Assembly (NCBI GenBank): GCA_002435325.1
Contig: DJMJ01000024.1
Location: 108,338 to 172,337, forward strand
Direction of reading: 5' to 3'
Length of the DNA: 64,000 nt
Source of the DNA: Nitrospira sp. UBA6493
GTDB taxonomy: Bacteria > Nitrospirota > Nitrospiria > Nitrospirales > Nitrospiraceae
The position numbers and the translations under genes were made by a program. A model generated the notes under the pieces. It did not search any database, had not been told where the DNA came from, and was given only the letters and a program-made list of their open reading frames with translations. Shown here in pieces: positions 49,849 through 60,746 of this stretch (the first letter of the stretch is position 1; each line of letters opens with the position of its first letter).

Positions 49849-50306
49849 ATGGAAGCCTTCTCTCCCTTGTCCGACGCAACCGGGGGCGTAACCGTCACCA
49901 ACCGCCTCAACCGCTCAAGCTTCTTTTGTCCGATGCCCTTCACTCCGCGTAAATCCTCAACCGCATGAAATCTTCCCCTGGACTCACGATAGGCAATCAC
50001 ACGTCTGGCCAATACTGGTCCCACGCCGGGCAACTGCTCAAAGTCCGCCACGCTCGCGCGATTGAGGTCAATCAGCTTCGGATCTTTTGAAACACTCTGT
50101 GGGCTATTTGCCGGCACAGGATTCTGACCTAGTGCGTCTCCGACCGACAATGATGGAGCCAGCCCACCAGCCTGAGCGAAAGACGCAGGCTGTGGCGGAA
50201 TAGGCCGCTGCATGGTCTGCGGTGCCTGCCAGACGATCCAGAATACAACGCCCATCGTCAGAGCAAACATCCCGAGTTTGAGCAATAGGGATCGAAGCAG
50301 ACTCAT
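49845..50306 (-). CDS. comEA: ComEA-family helix-hairpin-helix DNA-binding protein
   Basis: N-terminal TM; IDLNRAS, LPGVGP, VKGIG. Confidence 0.88.
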   Translation of the reverse strand: MSLLRSLLLKLGMFALTMGVVFWIVWQAPQTMQRPIPPQPASFAQAGGLAPSLSVGDALGQNPVPANSPQSVSKDPKLIDLNRASVADFEQLPGVGPVLARRVIAYRESRGRFHAVEDLRGVKGIGQKKLERLRRLVTVTPPVASDKGEKASI

Positions 50307-51724
50307 GCTTTCTTCTTCGCCTGATGAATGGCATGCCCTTCAAGATCCTCAATCGCTTCCTGAAATCCTTCCGCCAACGTGGGATGTGCGTGAATCATGT
50401 GCGCCACCTGCGACATCGTCGCGCCGGTCTCCATCGCCAATGCAGCCTCATGAATAAGATCGGCCGCATGGGCCCCGACAATGTGCGCGCCCAGCAACCT
50501 GCCGCTTGCCGCATCCGCAATTACTTTGAACAGTCCCGTGATATCACCCGTGGCTTGCGCCTTGCCCAAGGCCGCATACCGGAACCGCCCGACCTTGATT
50601 GCCTGCTCCGGATCTCGACCAGCCGCCTGAACTTGTTCACGAGCTTGCCGCTCGGTCAGCCCGACCCGCCCCACTTCTGGCAGCGTAAAGATACCGGCCG
50701 GAATCACATCATACCGGATCGTAATCGGATGCCCCAGAATATTCTCAACCGCGACTTTGCCTTGCGCGGATGCAACATGCGCCAGCATCGCCTTGCCCAC
50801 CACATCCCCGATTGCATAGACGCCAGGAACGTTCGTGTGCATCCGCTCATCGACGAGAATTTCCCCGCGACGTCCTAGCACAATTCCTGCGTTCTCCACA
50901 CCGATATCACGAGACTGAAATCCACGGCCGATCGACACGAGAAGCATCTCAGCTTCGAGCGTGGTCCCGTCTTTCAGCGTGGCCCTCACCACGCCGTCTT
51001 GCACGACCATCCGCTCAATCGTCGTGCCGGTGTTCACCTCGACCCCGCGTTTTTTGAGTTCCCGCGCCATGAGCACGGAAACCTCCTCGTCTTCCAATGG
51101 GAGAACCGCCGACTGCAGCTCCACCATCGTCACCTGCGTGCCCAATCCGCTAAACAGCGACGCGCACTCGCACCCTTCTACTCCAGCGCCAAGGATGATC
51201 ATTCTCGGCGGCGCGGCGTCAAGATCCAATGCCTGCTTGCTCGTAATGATGGTCTTGCCATCGATCGGAAACTGCGTGAGCTGCGGCCATGACGACCCGG
51301 TGGCGATCACAATCGCGTCCGCCTGCACCGTCCGCTGCGACCCGTCGCCGGCTGTCACGGCAATCGTGCGCGCATCAACCAGACGGCCGCGGCCTTCGAC
51401 CACCTCAATATTCCAGGCCTTGAACAACGTCGCAATGCCCTTCACCAACGTCGCCACCACCTTGTTCTTGCGCGCAACCATGCGCGCCAGGTCATAGCGC
51501 GGAGTGCCGGACAGAAGAATGCCCAGATCCTCAGCCTTCTTCAATTTGTCGCCGAGTTCAATGACGGAGAGGAGGGATTTACTGGGGATGCAGCCCCAAT
51601 TCAAACACACGCCGCCGAGCGCCTGCTGCTCGATCACCGTCACACGGGCACCCAGTTGAGCCGCCCGAATGGCCGCCACATACCCGCCAGGTCCGGCGCC
51701 CAAAATCGCAATGTGTGTCGCCAT
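50303..51724 (-). CDS. lpdA: Dihydrolipoyl dehydrogenase
   Basis: GAGPGGY, GGVCLNWGCIPSK, HAHPTLAE. Confidence 0.95.
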   Translation of the reverse strand: MATHIAILGAGPGGYVAAIRAAQLGARVTVIEQQALGGVCLNWGCIPSKSLLSVIELGDKLKKAEDLGILLSGTPRYDLARMVARKNKVVATLVKGIATLFKAWNIEVVEGRGRLVDARTIAVTAGDGSQRTVQADAIVIATGSSWPQLTQFPIDGKTIITSKQALDLDAAPPRMIILGAGVEGCECASLFSGLGTQVTMVELQSAVLPLEDEEVSVLMARELKKRGVEVNTGTTIERMVVQDGVVRATLKDGTTLEAEMLLVSIGRGFQSRDIGVENAGIVLGRRGEILVDERMHTNVPGVYAIGDVVGKAMLAHVASAQGKVAVENILGHPITIRYDVIPAGIFTLPEVGRVGLTERQAREQVQAAGRDPEQAIKVGRFRYAALGKAQATGDITGLFKVIADAASGRLLGAHIVGAHAADLIHEAALAMETGATMSQVAHMIHAHPTLAEGFQEAIEDLEGHAIHQAKKKA

Positions 51725-51732
51725 GGGAAAGT

Positions 51733-52119
51733 TTAATGTTTCTGGCTGGCCAGAAAGGATTCGTATTGGGCTGCGGTCATTAACTGCTCCACCTCAGCTG
51801 GCTTGGAGAGCTCGATTACCACAATCCAGCCCTTGCCATACGGATCGCTGTTCACCACTTCCGGATGATCTTTTAAATCGGCATTGATCTTCGTCACCAT
51901 GCCACTGACCGGCGTGTAGATCGTCGAGGTGGTCTTCGTCGATTCCACCTCACCGATCTGCTGTCCGGACGACACCACCGCGCCAACCTTGGGCATATCG
52001 ATAAACACAATATCGCCAAGTGCATCCTGGGCAAAGTGGCTGATGCCGACCGTCGCCTGTGTCCCGCTGAGACGCACCCATTCATGTTCTTTGTGATACC
52101 GCAAGTCCGTCGGAATCAT
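51733..52119 (-). CDS. gcvH: Glycine cleavage system H protein
   Basis: YHKEHEWV, VESTK lipoyl-Lys, NSDPYGKGW; true start at 52119. Confidence 0.95.
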   Translation of the reverse strand: MIPTDLRYHKEHEWVRLSGTQATVGISHFAQDALGDIVFIDMPKVGAVVSSGQQIGEVESTKTTSTIYTPVSGMVTKINADLKDHPEVVNSDPYGKGWIVVIELSKPAEVEQLMTAAQYESFLASQKH

Positions 52120-52195
52120 AGGGTCCCCATGCTGGTAAATTGAATGACACTCAGATGAAATGTGGTCGGATCGTAGTGGGCTAGACCGGCCTTTG

Positions 52196-53647
52196 TCAAG
52201 GAAATCGGGCGGCTTCAGGCACGCGAACCAGCAAATTCCAATTCCCTTGTTCCGGAACCCTTGCCTGCGCCGCTCCAACCCATTTCGCGATTGACGACAC
52301 CTCAGGGTCCGCCACAGCCACACCGAGCCACCATCGATCCGTCGCTCCTGCTTGCTGCGCCAACGGTTCAGGCAGAGACAGGTCTCCCGCTCCCTCATTC
52401 CGCACCACAAGGGCCCCTCCTGTCCGCTGAAGCAGTTCGGCCACATCCTCACCGTACTCTTCCAGTCCCGCAAGCGGTCTATTCACCGTCGCAGGATGCA
52501 CCTCGATCAACAACCTCCCGGTCGGATTCACCTCGCGGAGCCAGGCTCTGATGCGCGCAACCAGCGTGGCATATCCACGCGCTTTCCAACCAGCCCACCG
52601 CCAGTACTGCGTCTCACGCTCTGAACCCGTCACATCTCCGTTTCCACCTTCCCCGAGCAATTGCTGGGGAGAGAGGGTGCTACCAAATGCGGAGGCAAAG
52701 AGTTGATACGAGGTATCTGAATATTCTTTGGCAAAACCATCGCCTTCCCGTGCCTGCAAGAATAATCCATCACAACCGGTTCGAAGCAATGTCTTGACCC
52801 GTTCTTCTATGGCCGTTTGGTAGGCCGGATGCATGATATCGGGATGGATCTGCCGTTCCGATTCACCGGCACTCCCGCTGGACAGCCCCTGACTCCGCCC
52901 AGCAGCCATTGTTATCCACTCCGCATGCATCGGCAGTCCTCGCCCCTGATGGAGATCGAGGGATACCCACACCGCAAGGCCGGCAACATGCGCCGCTTCC
53001 ACCAACGCCCGCATACGCTCGACATCCTCCTCCGCTGTGCCACCGGACAGAGCCGGATCGATCAGTATTGAAGTCACTCCAGATTTCAACAACGACTGCA
53101 GCCACGAAATCCATACCGACACAGGAGGAACTTGCGCGAGGGAAAGGCCTACCGCGATCTGACGGATAGGCACTGCTTGAGCCACTGTCGGCACCTGACG
53201 CAACTCATCCAAACGACGGAGCGCATGACCGCGATACAGCGGTTGATTCGGATCAGTTCCAGCCTCATCACCCGCCAATGTCCGGTATTCCGCCATAGCC
53301 GCACGATACTCCCCTAGCTGCTCATAGGAACGCCCCAACCACCAGCGTGCTTCCGCTATCCTCGGCGTACTAGGATCAACAGAATCGACAAACCGCTGGA
53401 AGAAGAGCACCGCAGCGGGATACCGCGCCTGCACAAACGCCCGATGGGCTTCTCGAAGCAATATCAGGTGGGCGTCGCGAGCAGGATCACTGTGGGCATC
53501 CTCGATAGAAGAGAAGACTGGCGGAGGCGATGGAGCGATTCGTGGAGAGCAGGCCAACAAAAATCCGAAGGATAGCGCAAGCGCTATCCTTCGGATCAGG
53601 TCTTGCGTCTGAATGAAGGGCAAAAAAACCATCGCCCTCCGAGGCAT
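52196..53647 (-). CDS. Putative lipoprotein: TPR plus degenerate glycoside-hydrolase-like barrel
   Basis: LLAC lipobox; ARWWLGRSYEQLGEY TPR; DIMHP...CDGLFL...YWRWAGWKA resembles PgaB-C/GHL10-type barrels. Confidence 0.6.
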   Translation of the reverse strand: MPRRAMVFLPFIQTQDLIRRIALALSFGFLLACSPRIAPSPPPVFSSIEDAHSDPARDAHLILLREAHRAFVQARYPAAVLFFQRFVDSVDPSTPRIAEARWWLGRSYEQLGEYRAAMAEYRTLAGDEAGTDPNQPLYRGHALRRLDELRQVPTVAQAVPIRQIAVGLSLAQVPPVSVWISWLQSLLKSGVTSILIDPALSGGTAEEDVERMRALVEAAHVAGLAVWVSLDLHQGRGLPMHAEWITMAAGRSQGLSSGSAGESERQIHPDIMHPAYQTAIEERVKTLLRTGCDGLFLQAREGDGFAKEYSDTSYQLFASAFGSTLSPQQLLGEGGNGDVTGSERETQYWRWAGWKARGYATLVARIRAWLREVNPTGRLLIEVHPATVNRPLAGLEEYGEDVAELLQRTGGALVVRNEGAGDLSLPEPLAQQAGATDRWWLGVAVADPEVSSIAKWVGAAQARVPEQGNWNLLVRVPEAARFP

Positions 53648-53649
53648 GC

Positions 53650-54069
53650 TTAACTGAAGATTTCCATGCCGGGGAAGAAATAGCTCACTTCGAAAGCCGC
53701 CGTTTCAGGAGAGTCCGATCCGTGCGCGGCATTAAATTCGATATTCGCCCCATGCGCCTTACGAATCGTCCCCGCTTCAGCCTTGGCTGGATCTGTCGCA
53801 CCCATCAGTTCCCGGTTCTTCTTGATCGCGTTGTCGCCTTGCAGGACAATCACGACCGCAGGACCAGATGACATAAAAGTGCACAGGCTATCGAAGAACG
53901 GCCGCGCCTTGTGAACGGCATAAAACCCCTCGGCCACCGGCTTCGACATCTGCATCAACTTCATGGCCACTGGCTTCAATCCCGCCTGCTCATAGCGGTT
54001 GATGATATCTCCGATAGCATTCTTCTTCACTGCATCCGGCTTGATAATCGCTAATGTCCGTTCGCTCAT
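53650..54069 (-). CDS. ndk: Nucleoside diphosphate kinase
   Basis: [23 protein letters not shown]. Confidence 0.97.
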   Translation of the reverse strand: MSERTLAIIKPDAVKKNAIGDIINRYEQAGLKPVAMKLMQMSKPVAEGFYAVHKARPFFDSLCTFMSSGPAVVIVLQGDNAIKKNRELMGATDPAKAEAGTIRKAHGANIEFNAAHGSDSPETAAFEVSYFFPGMEIFS

Positions 54070-54213
54070 TGTCGCTACGATTCCTCCACACAGTTAAAGG
54101 ATAAATTCAATATCGTTGCCGCATTATAAGTGGCTGGGAAAGGACTTGCAACTGCTAGAAATGGCCGGCTCCTATCCCGTCCCGCAGATATCCTCGATGT
54201 ACTTCGATTCTGG

Positions 54214-55245
54214 TTAGAATGCGAACTGCCGAGCCAGCTCACCAGGCTTGAAGATGCCCTGTTCAGTGATGATGCCTGTGATCAACTCAGCCGGCGTCAC
54301 ATCGAAGGCAGGATTGTAGACGGCTACTCCAGCCGGCGCGATCAGATGGCTGCCATGGATGGTGGTAACTTCAAGCGGATTGCGTTGTTCGATCGGAATA
54401 TCCGCTCCGGACTTCGTCTTGAGATCGATCGTCGAATAGGGAGCCGCAACATAGAACGGCATTCCATGCGCCTTGGCTAACACGGCCACTGAGTAGGTGC
54501 CGATCTTATTCGCCACATCACCGTTGGCCGCGATGCGATCGGCGCCGACGACACAGAGCTGAATCTTTCCTTGCCGCATGAGCGCGCCGGCCATATTGTC
54601 GGTAATCAGCGTGACAGGTATCCGGTCTTGCATCAGCTCCCAGGCCGTCAGCCGTGCCCCTTGCAAGACCGGCCTGGTTTCATCGGCAATCACCTGAATC
54701 TTCTTCCCCTGCTCCCAGGCAGCCCGGATGACACCAAGGGCCGTGCCATAGCCTGCAGTCGCCAACGCCCCAGCATTGCAATGGGTCAGGACAGTTTCTC
54801 CGTCTTTGATCAAGCCTGCGCCGTGCTTCCCCATGGCTTTGCACAGGGCAATGTCCTCTTCGAGAATGGCTTGCGCTTCGGTGATCAGCGCGGCCTTGGC
54901 GGAGGCGATCGGCTGGGCAGCCAGTGACGCCAGCTTCTTCTTCATGCGATCGAGAGCCCAAAACAGATTTACAGCTGTAGGCCTTGTCGCACCCAAATGG
55001 TCACAAACAGCCTCAACGGCTTGAGAAAAGTGAGCGAAGTCTGCCGCCGAAACCGCCTGGGCCCCGAGGGCCACCCCGAGCGCCGCTGTGACTCCGATCG
55101 CAGGCGCGCCTCTGACCTTTAACTCACGAATCGCATCGGCGACCGCCCGATAGTCTCGGCAATCGAGAAACTCAACATGTTCCGGCAAGCGGCTTTGATC
55201 AAGCAGCCGAACAACGCCGTTTTTCCATTCAACGGTGGGAACCAT
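54214..55245 (-). CDS. mtnA: Methylthioribose-1-phosphate isomerase
   Basis: [43 protein letters not shown]. Confidence 0.95.
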   Translation of the reverse strand: MVPTVEWKNGVVRLLDQSRLPEHVEFLDCRDYRAVADAIRELKVRGAPAIGVTAALGVALGAQAVSAADFAHFSQAVEAVCDHLGATRPTAVNLFWALDRMKKKLASLAAQPIASAKAALITEAQAILEEDIALCKAMGKHGAGLIKDGETVLTHCNAGALATAGYGTALGVIRAAWEQGKKIQVIADETRPVLQGARLTAWELMQDRIPVTLITDNMAGALMRQGKIQLCVVGADRIAANGDVANKIGTYSVAVLAKAHGMPFYVAAPYSTIDLKTKSGADIPIEQRNPLEVTTIHGSHLIAPAGVAVYNPAFDVTPAELITGIITEQGIFKPGELARQFAF

Positions 55246-55340
55246 GGTGACCTTGTACCGAGATTGAAACAGAAGTGCAAGGCACGAGGAACCTCTTCCG
55301 AACCGAGATGTCGAACCGGATTTCGCCCGCGATCCCCGAA

Positions 55341-55535
55341 TTACGCCGGCGCAGCTCGCTTCCTGAGTGGGACAGCCTGCAACACCGGAGGCTGGGCCGG
55401 AGAATGTTTGCCCAACTCTCGCTCAAGCATCGCGCGAATAAATCCGCTGGCCGTATAGCCCTGTTGCTTGAGCGCATCGAGCTGCTGTTTCAACTCCTCA
55501 GGCAGCTGAATGACAATACGAACGAGATTGGCCAT
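55341..55535 (-). CDS. Ribbon-helix-helix (CopG-like) small DNA-binding protein
   Basis: [18 protein letters not shown]...[10 protein letters not shown]; ATG at 55535 after GGAGGAG. Confidence 0.75.
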   Translation of the reverse strand: MANLVRIVIQLPEELKQQLDALKQQGYTASGFIRAMLERELGKHSPAQPPVLQAVPLRKRAAPA

Positions 55536-55776
55536 GATGTGCACACTCCTCCAGTATTCAACCTCTGGGTAAAGGTTGATATGCACAGGCTATGCCTTGA
55601 ACAGGCTATAGCCATCCGACAGCAATGGTGAGGAAACACGGATACTTAGGCGTGAGAGCCACCGCCGCAGAAAGAAAGGTGGACAAAATTTGCCACAGGC
55701 CTTTCACCTCTGTACAGAAAGCCCATCTCCTTCGATCAATTAGTTAGGGACACATTCTTATTGGCACAACACGCTA

Positions 55777-58311
55777 CTACGCCCCGCTCCACTGAGACCA
55801 GAGCCGCTGCCAATTCTCCCATTCGCCTTGCCATATATGGCGTCCCGGATTGGCTGGGTGCAACCTCACATCACTCATGCGCTGCACATGAAGATCCTCC
55901 GTCGAAACCCGGCCGGTCACAACCACTGCGCCATCGACATCGGTGCGAAAGATCTCGCTCCCTTCCCCCGCATAGGCGTCGAGCACGGCCTGAACCGGAT
56001 GGCCATAGGCATTGTGCCGGCCGACAGAAATCACGGCATGGCGCGGATGGACGCGCCTCACCCAGTCTTGATCCAGTGAACTTCGGCCGCCATGATGCGG
56101 GACCTTGAGCACCGTCACCGGAGCCTGCCCTTCTGCCGCCAAACGACGAAGCCCCCCAGCCTCGACATCTGCCGCAAACAGAACACGATGCGCTCCGCAA
56201 TCGAGCTGCGTCACGATCGATGCATTGTTCAACTGCGTGCCGTTAACTGACGAAACAGTTGGCCTTGCCATATCCGCCTCAAAGGGGTTCAACACCGCGA
56301 GCCGGCACCCTCCGGACGACACAATATCCTGGCCACGATGCGCCAGACGATCAAGCACCTGTCGATCCAGCACGGCGTGGCGGAGATCCTCAAACAGCGG
56401 CTCATGCCGCTCAACACCGGCATGCCAATATTCTTGGACTGCAAAATGGCGAACGATCCAGGGCAATCCCCCGACATGATCCAGCTGGGGATGCGTGGCA
56501 ATCACCGCGTCCAGGCGCCGAATAATGTGATTCCAGAGAAAGGGCCCGACGATGCCACGTCCGACATCGAAGCGCTCATACTTGGCTCCCCCATCGATCA
56601 GCACGGCCTTTCCATCCGGCAATTCAATCACGGCACTGTCTCCCTGACCGACATCCAGAAAGGTGACCCGCCATTGATCTCCATTGACCGAGGAACTCGC
56701 CTCCCAGACCCACAGGCCCATCGCGCAACACAACATGGCCACGCCAAACACACCGCGACGTAGCCCGGAAGTGGGAATCACTACGATCAGGAGTCCTGCG
56801 TAGAACAAACCCATCACAATCACAGATGGCGCTGATACTCGCCAGTCAGTCATGGGCCATGACGCCACCCAGTGTAACCCTCCCACTAGCCATTCGATCA
56901 GCCGTTGCTGCACCGAGGCGAGCGAGAGCCCATCAAGACCAAGCGCCACCGTCCAACCGGCCGTCAATAATCCCAGTGGAACGACCACAAATCCCGTTAC
57001 CGGCACCGCGATCATATTGGTCAGCACACCGACCCAGGGAATTTGATTAAAATACCAGGCCACTATCGGAATCGTCACGATCGTGACTGCGAGACTCAGA
57101 ATCACAGCTTCACGCACGGTTCGACGATACCGCTTCCACCTGGTGTCCTCTTGCTGATCCTCCTCTGCCAACCGAGACGCATGCCAGTCCGCAACCCATA
57201 CGATCGCAAGCACGGAGAGAAAGGACAACTGGAAGGAAATATCACCGATGGCGCGAGGATCGTGAAGCACGATCACTAAAGCAGCCCCGGCCAACGCGTG
57301 CGCAAGATACCGTTCTGACCCGATCCATACCGCCGCCAGTCCCGCAGTTATCATAATAGCCGCTAGTAGCGTCGCAATCTCTGCACCGGCCAACAGCGCA
57401 TACAGCGCCACTCCTAAGCATGTCACGAGAATAGCGCAGCGAGTCGGCGTCAGTCGTCTCGACAGAGCCTGCAATATCGGAGCCGGCAATTGCACCGCCG
57501 TCCATCTCACCAGGCCAAACAGAACGATCGCGATCAATCCCAAATGCGACCCTGAGATCGACAGAAGATGCACGGTCCCTGTGATCATGAACCATTCCTG
57601 GACATCCTCCTGCAAATACCCCCGTTCTCCGATGATCATGCCGAGAAAGATGCCGAGCGCCGGCTGGTTCAATGTCCGCATTGCCGCCTCGCGAATCGAT
57701 CCCCGCCATCGATCAACCTGCCCCCATCCCGCCCACCACCAACTGCTCATCGCCGGCTCCAGCACCAGGACCGCCTCAGGCCCCGTCACAGTGGCGACCG
57801 CTTCAATTCCTTGCCGCTCCACATAGGACGCGTAATCGAATCCCTTCGGATTCAAGGATCCAGTCGGCGCTCGTAGCTTGGCGCGAAACGCCACCCGATC
57901 ACCATGAAAGACCGCACTTCCAGGCTCTCGCCAGGTCAGCCGAATCGTGTGCGGTAACGTGTTAGATTCCCGCGACGGCTCGGTTTTCACCAGCAGCATG
58001 AGACGATGTGGGGCATACGGCACCGGGCCAATCACTCGCCCGTTCCTCAATTCACTCACATCGACAGACGCCTCATCGAGTACATTTAACGCCCCTGGTG
58101 GCGGCACGACCGCCGTCCAATAAACGACCCCCAACAACAAGGCCGCATATCCCGTCGTCGCCCGCAAGGGTTCCAGACTTCCCGCTTGTTCGGCAAGCTA
58201 TAAGGCCAGAATCGACAGACCGAGCAGCACACTAATGGTGACAGGAAAGTACGGAAGAAGAGATCCTAAGGCCAGACCGGCAAGAAAGACCGCAGAGAGG
58301 GACGGCAGCAT
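55777..58311 (-). pseudogene. comEC: ComEC/Rec2 DNA uptake channel with an in-frame TAG at codon 38
   Basis: ATG 58311 gives MLPSLSAVFLAGLALGSLLPYFPVTISVLLGLSILAL*LAEQAGSLEPLRATT, in frame with ORF 55777-58167; HLLSISGSH, SFQLSF, FLDVGQGD, THPQLDH, KVPHHG. Confidence 0.85.
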
Positions 58312-58341
58312 GAGCCTTCCCGCAACAAGAAATAATACGCG

Positions 58342-59691
58342 TCAGCAGAGATGCTTGCGCACGAGGCGGGCAAGATCCTCCGCCACTTCTTTAATCTCGC
58401 CATCACGCTCACCCTCGACCATGATCCGAAGCAGCGGCTCTGTCCCTGAATAGCGGACCACGATGCGGCCGCTCCCATTCAACCGGCGCTCATTATCTCG
58501 AATAGCCCGGTCGATATCCGGAATCGTCTCCAAATTGGGTTTCTGCTTGACGGTAACATTGAGAAGAATCTGCGGAACCGCCGACATTGCCGACGCCAGC
58601 TCCGACAGGGGTTTTCCCGTCCGCTTCATCAGAGAAATCATTTGCAACGCTGAAATCAGCCCGTCTCCGGTGGTGTTGTGGTCTAAGAAAATAAAGTGGC
58701 CCGATTGCTCGCCGCCGAAATTATATCCGTCCGCCAACATCCGCTCGAGCAGATATCGATCCCCCACCGGCGTCCTGAGAAGCGTGATGCCAGCTTTCGC
58801 CATCGACAACTCCAGCCCGAAGTTGCTCATCACGGTCCCGACCATGGTCTGCTTGGCCAAAAGCTCGCTCCGGTGTAAATCCAGACCCAAGGCAGCCATC
58901 ACATGGTCGCCATCGATAATCATCCCTTGCTCGGACACAAAAATCGCCCGGTCGGCATCGCCATCCAGCGCAATCCCAATGTCAGCCTGATGGTCGCGCA
59001 CCGCCTCCTGCAAACGTTCAGGATGAACAGCGCCGCACCCGGCATTGATGTTCATGCCGTTCGGCTTATTCCCGATGACCTCGACCTTGGCTCCAAGCTC
59101 GCGCAAGACCTTTGGCGCCAGCTTGTACGCGGCCCCGTTTGCGCAATCGACCACCAGCTTGATGCCTTGAAAATCGAGGTCCTTCGGCAACGACCGTTTG
59201 GCAAACTCGATGTAGCGCCCCTCCGCATCGTCGATACGAAAGGCTTTGCCGATCAGATCCGCCGTCGGACGGAGGTGGCTGATCTCGTTGGAGACGATCA
59301 ATTCCTCAATGCGCGCCTCCATCTCATCCGGCAGCTTGAACCCATCCTTGGAAAAGAATTTAATGCCGTTGTCCTGATAGGCATTGTGCGAGGCGGAGAT
59401 GACCACCCCCGCGTCCGCGCGCAAGCTTCTGGTCAGAAATGCGATGGCCGGCGTGGGCATGGGGCCGACCAGCAACACATCGACGCCCATCGAGCAGATA
59501 CCCGCCGTCAGCGCCGACTCCAGCATGTACCCTGAAATTCTGGTATCCTTCCCGATGATGATTTGATGACGGCCGGCGCGCCGCATAAACAAATGGGCCG
59601 CGGCCCGCCCCAACTGCATTGCCATCTCGCTGGTCATCGGCTCAAGATTGGCAACACCCCGGACACCGTCGGTTCCAAATAATTTACGCAT
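58342..59691 (-). CDS. glmM: Phosphoglucosamine mutase
   Basis: [33 protein letters not shown]. Confidence 0.97.
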   Translation of the reverse strand: MRKLFGTDGVRGVANLEPMTSEMAMQLGRAAAHLFMRRAGRHQIIIGKDTRISGYMLESALTAGICSMGVDVLLVGPMPTPAIAFLTRSLRADAGVVISASHNAYQDNGIKFFSKDGFKLPDEMEARIEELIVSNEISHLRPTADLIGKAFRIDDAEGRYIEFAKRSLPKDLDFQGIKLVVDCANGAAYKLAPKVLRELGAKVEVIGNKPNGMNINAGCGAVHPERLQEAVRDHQADIGIALDGDADRAIFVSEQGMIIDGDHVMAALGLDLHRSELLAKQTMVGTVMSNFGLELSMAKAGITLLRTPVGDRYLLERMLADGYNFGGEQSGHFIFLDHNTTGDGLISALQMISLMKRTGKPLSELASAMSAVPQILLNVTVKQKPNLETIPDIDRAIRDNERRLNGSGRIVVRYSGTEPLLRIMVEGERDGEIKEVAEDLARLVRKHLC

Positions 59692-59698
59692 AGTCTTC

Positions 59699-60568
59699 CT
59701 ATTTCGATGAGGCCGACGCCGCCGTCAACGCCACGGCCACTTTTACCACATCCAACATTTCCGCCACGTCATGCACCCGGAGAATGCTCGCCCCTCGATC
59801 CACCGCCAAGGCCACAGCCGCAGCGGTTCCCCACATTCGTTCCTGCACAGGGCGATCCAGTATCTTCCCGAGAAACGCTTTGCGCGACAGCCCGACGAGA
59901 ATCGGGCGGTTCAATACGTTGAATACCGACAACCGATTAAGTAATTCCACATTATGTTCCTGCAGCTTACCAAATCCAATACCTGGATCAAGCACGATCT
60001 GGCTTTTGGAAATGCCTGCCTGTTCAGCGGCAATGAGACGTTCTTCAAAAAATGTGCACACCTCCGTCACCACATCCTCATACTGCGGCGCCTGCTGCAT
60101 GGTTTCCGGCATCCCCTGCATATGCATCAACACCACGCCTGTCTCCATCCGTGTAACAACGGAGGCCATCTCCGAATCGAACCGCAACGCCGTCACATCG
60201 TTCACAATCGACGCACCCGCGTCGATCGCGGCCTGAGCAACCCGCGCCTTCATCGTATCGACTGAAATGGGAATCGTAACCCGTTTGGCCAGACTTGCAA
60301 CCAGAGGAATGATTCGCTTCAGCTCCTCCTCAACATCGACGGGAGAAGCACCGGGCCTCGTAGATTCCGCACCGACATCTAAAATATCCGCGCCCTGCTC
60401 GGCCAGACCCATCGCGTGGGCCAGGGCTTTTTCCGGATCAAGAAACTGCCCACCATCAGAAAACGAGTCCGGCGTCACATTGACGATCCCCATAATGAGA
60501 GGGCGCGCACCGATGTGAATGTGCCGTCCTCTCGCCAGCCACACATGGCCTTCCACGATGCTCTCCAA
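59699..60568 (-). CDS. folP: Dihydropteroate synthase
   Basis: [31 protein letters not shown]. Confidence 0.96.
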   Translation of the reverse strand: MESIVEGHVWLARGRHIHIGARPLIMGIVNVTPDSFSDGGQFLDPEKALAHAMGLAEQGADILDVGAESTRPGASPVDVEEELKRIIPLVASLAKRVTIPISVDTMKARVAQAAIDAGASIVNDVTALRFDSEMASVVTRMETGVVLMHMQGMPETMQQAPQYEDVVTEVCTFFEERLIAAEQAGISKSQIVLDPGIGFGKLQEHNVELLNRLSVFNVLNRPILVGLSRKAFLGKILDRPVQERMWGTAAAVALAVDRGASILRVHDVAEMLDVVKVAVALTAASASSK

Positions 60569-60692
60569 TCAATTGTCCGGCGTATATCGATTTGGTTGAG
60601 TCTATCCTGAGTACCGCTACATCTTGTCAGACTCCCTGACACGGAAGAAGCCCCCAAGAAGTCTCCAACTTGATACTGGATCACAAGATATA

Positions 60693-60732
60693 GTCGCCGC
60701 GCTTCAGGTGCCCACCGATGAAGCGCGGCAAC
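60693..60732 (-). terminator. Stem-loop immediately downstream of ftsH
   Basis: GCCGCGCTTCA...TGAAGCGCGGC inverted repeat; only a weak U-tract. Confidence 0.5.
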
Positions 60733-60746
60733 AATTGATAGCGCAC

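Noticed and set aside
50303-52119. gcvH-lpdA without gcvT/gcvP as a novel system
   Set aside because: Split glycine-cleavage loci and stand-alone H proteins used in lipoate relay are common; this cannot be judged from one window.
42777-58200. TAG reassignment or pyrrolysine suggested by two in-frame amber codons
   Set aside because: TAG ends conserved genes at their expected C-termini (fabF, rpmB, tyrS, hpt, mtnA), no pyl genes or suppressor tRNA are in the window, and both cases are one transition from a sense codon.
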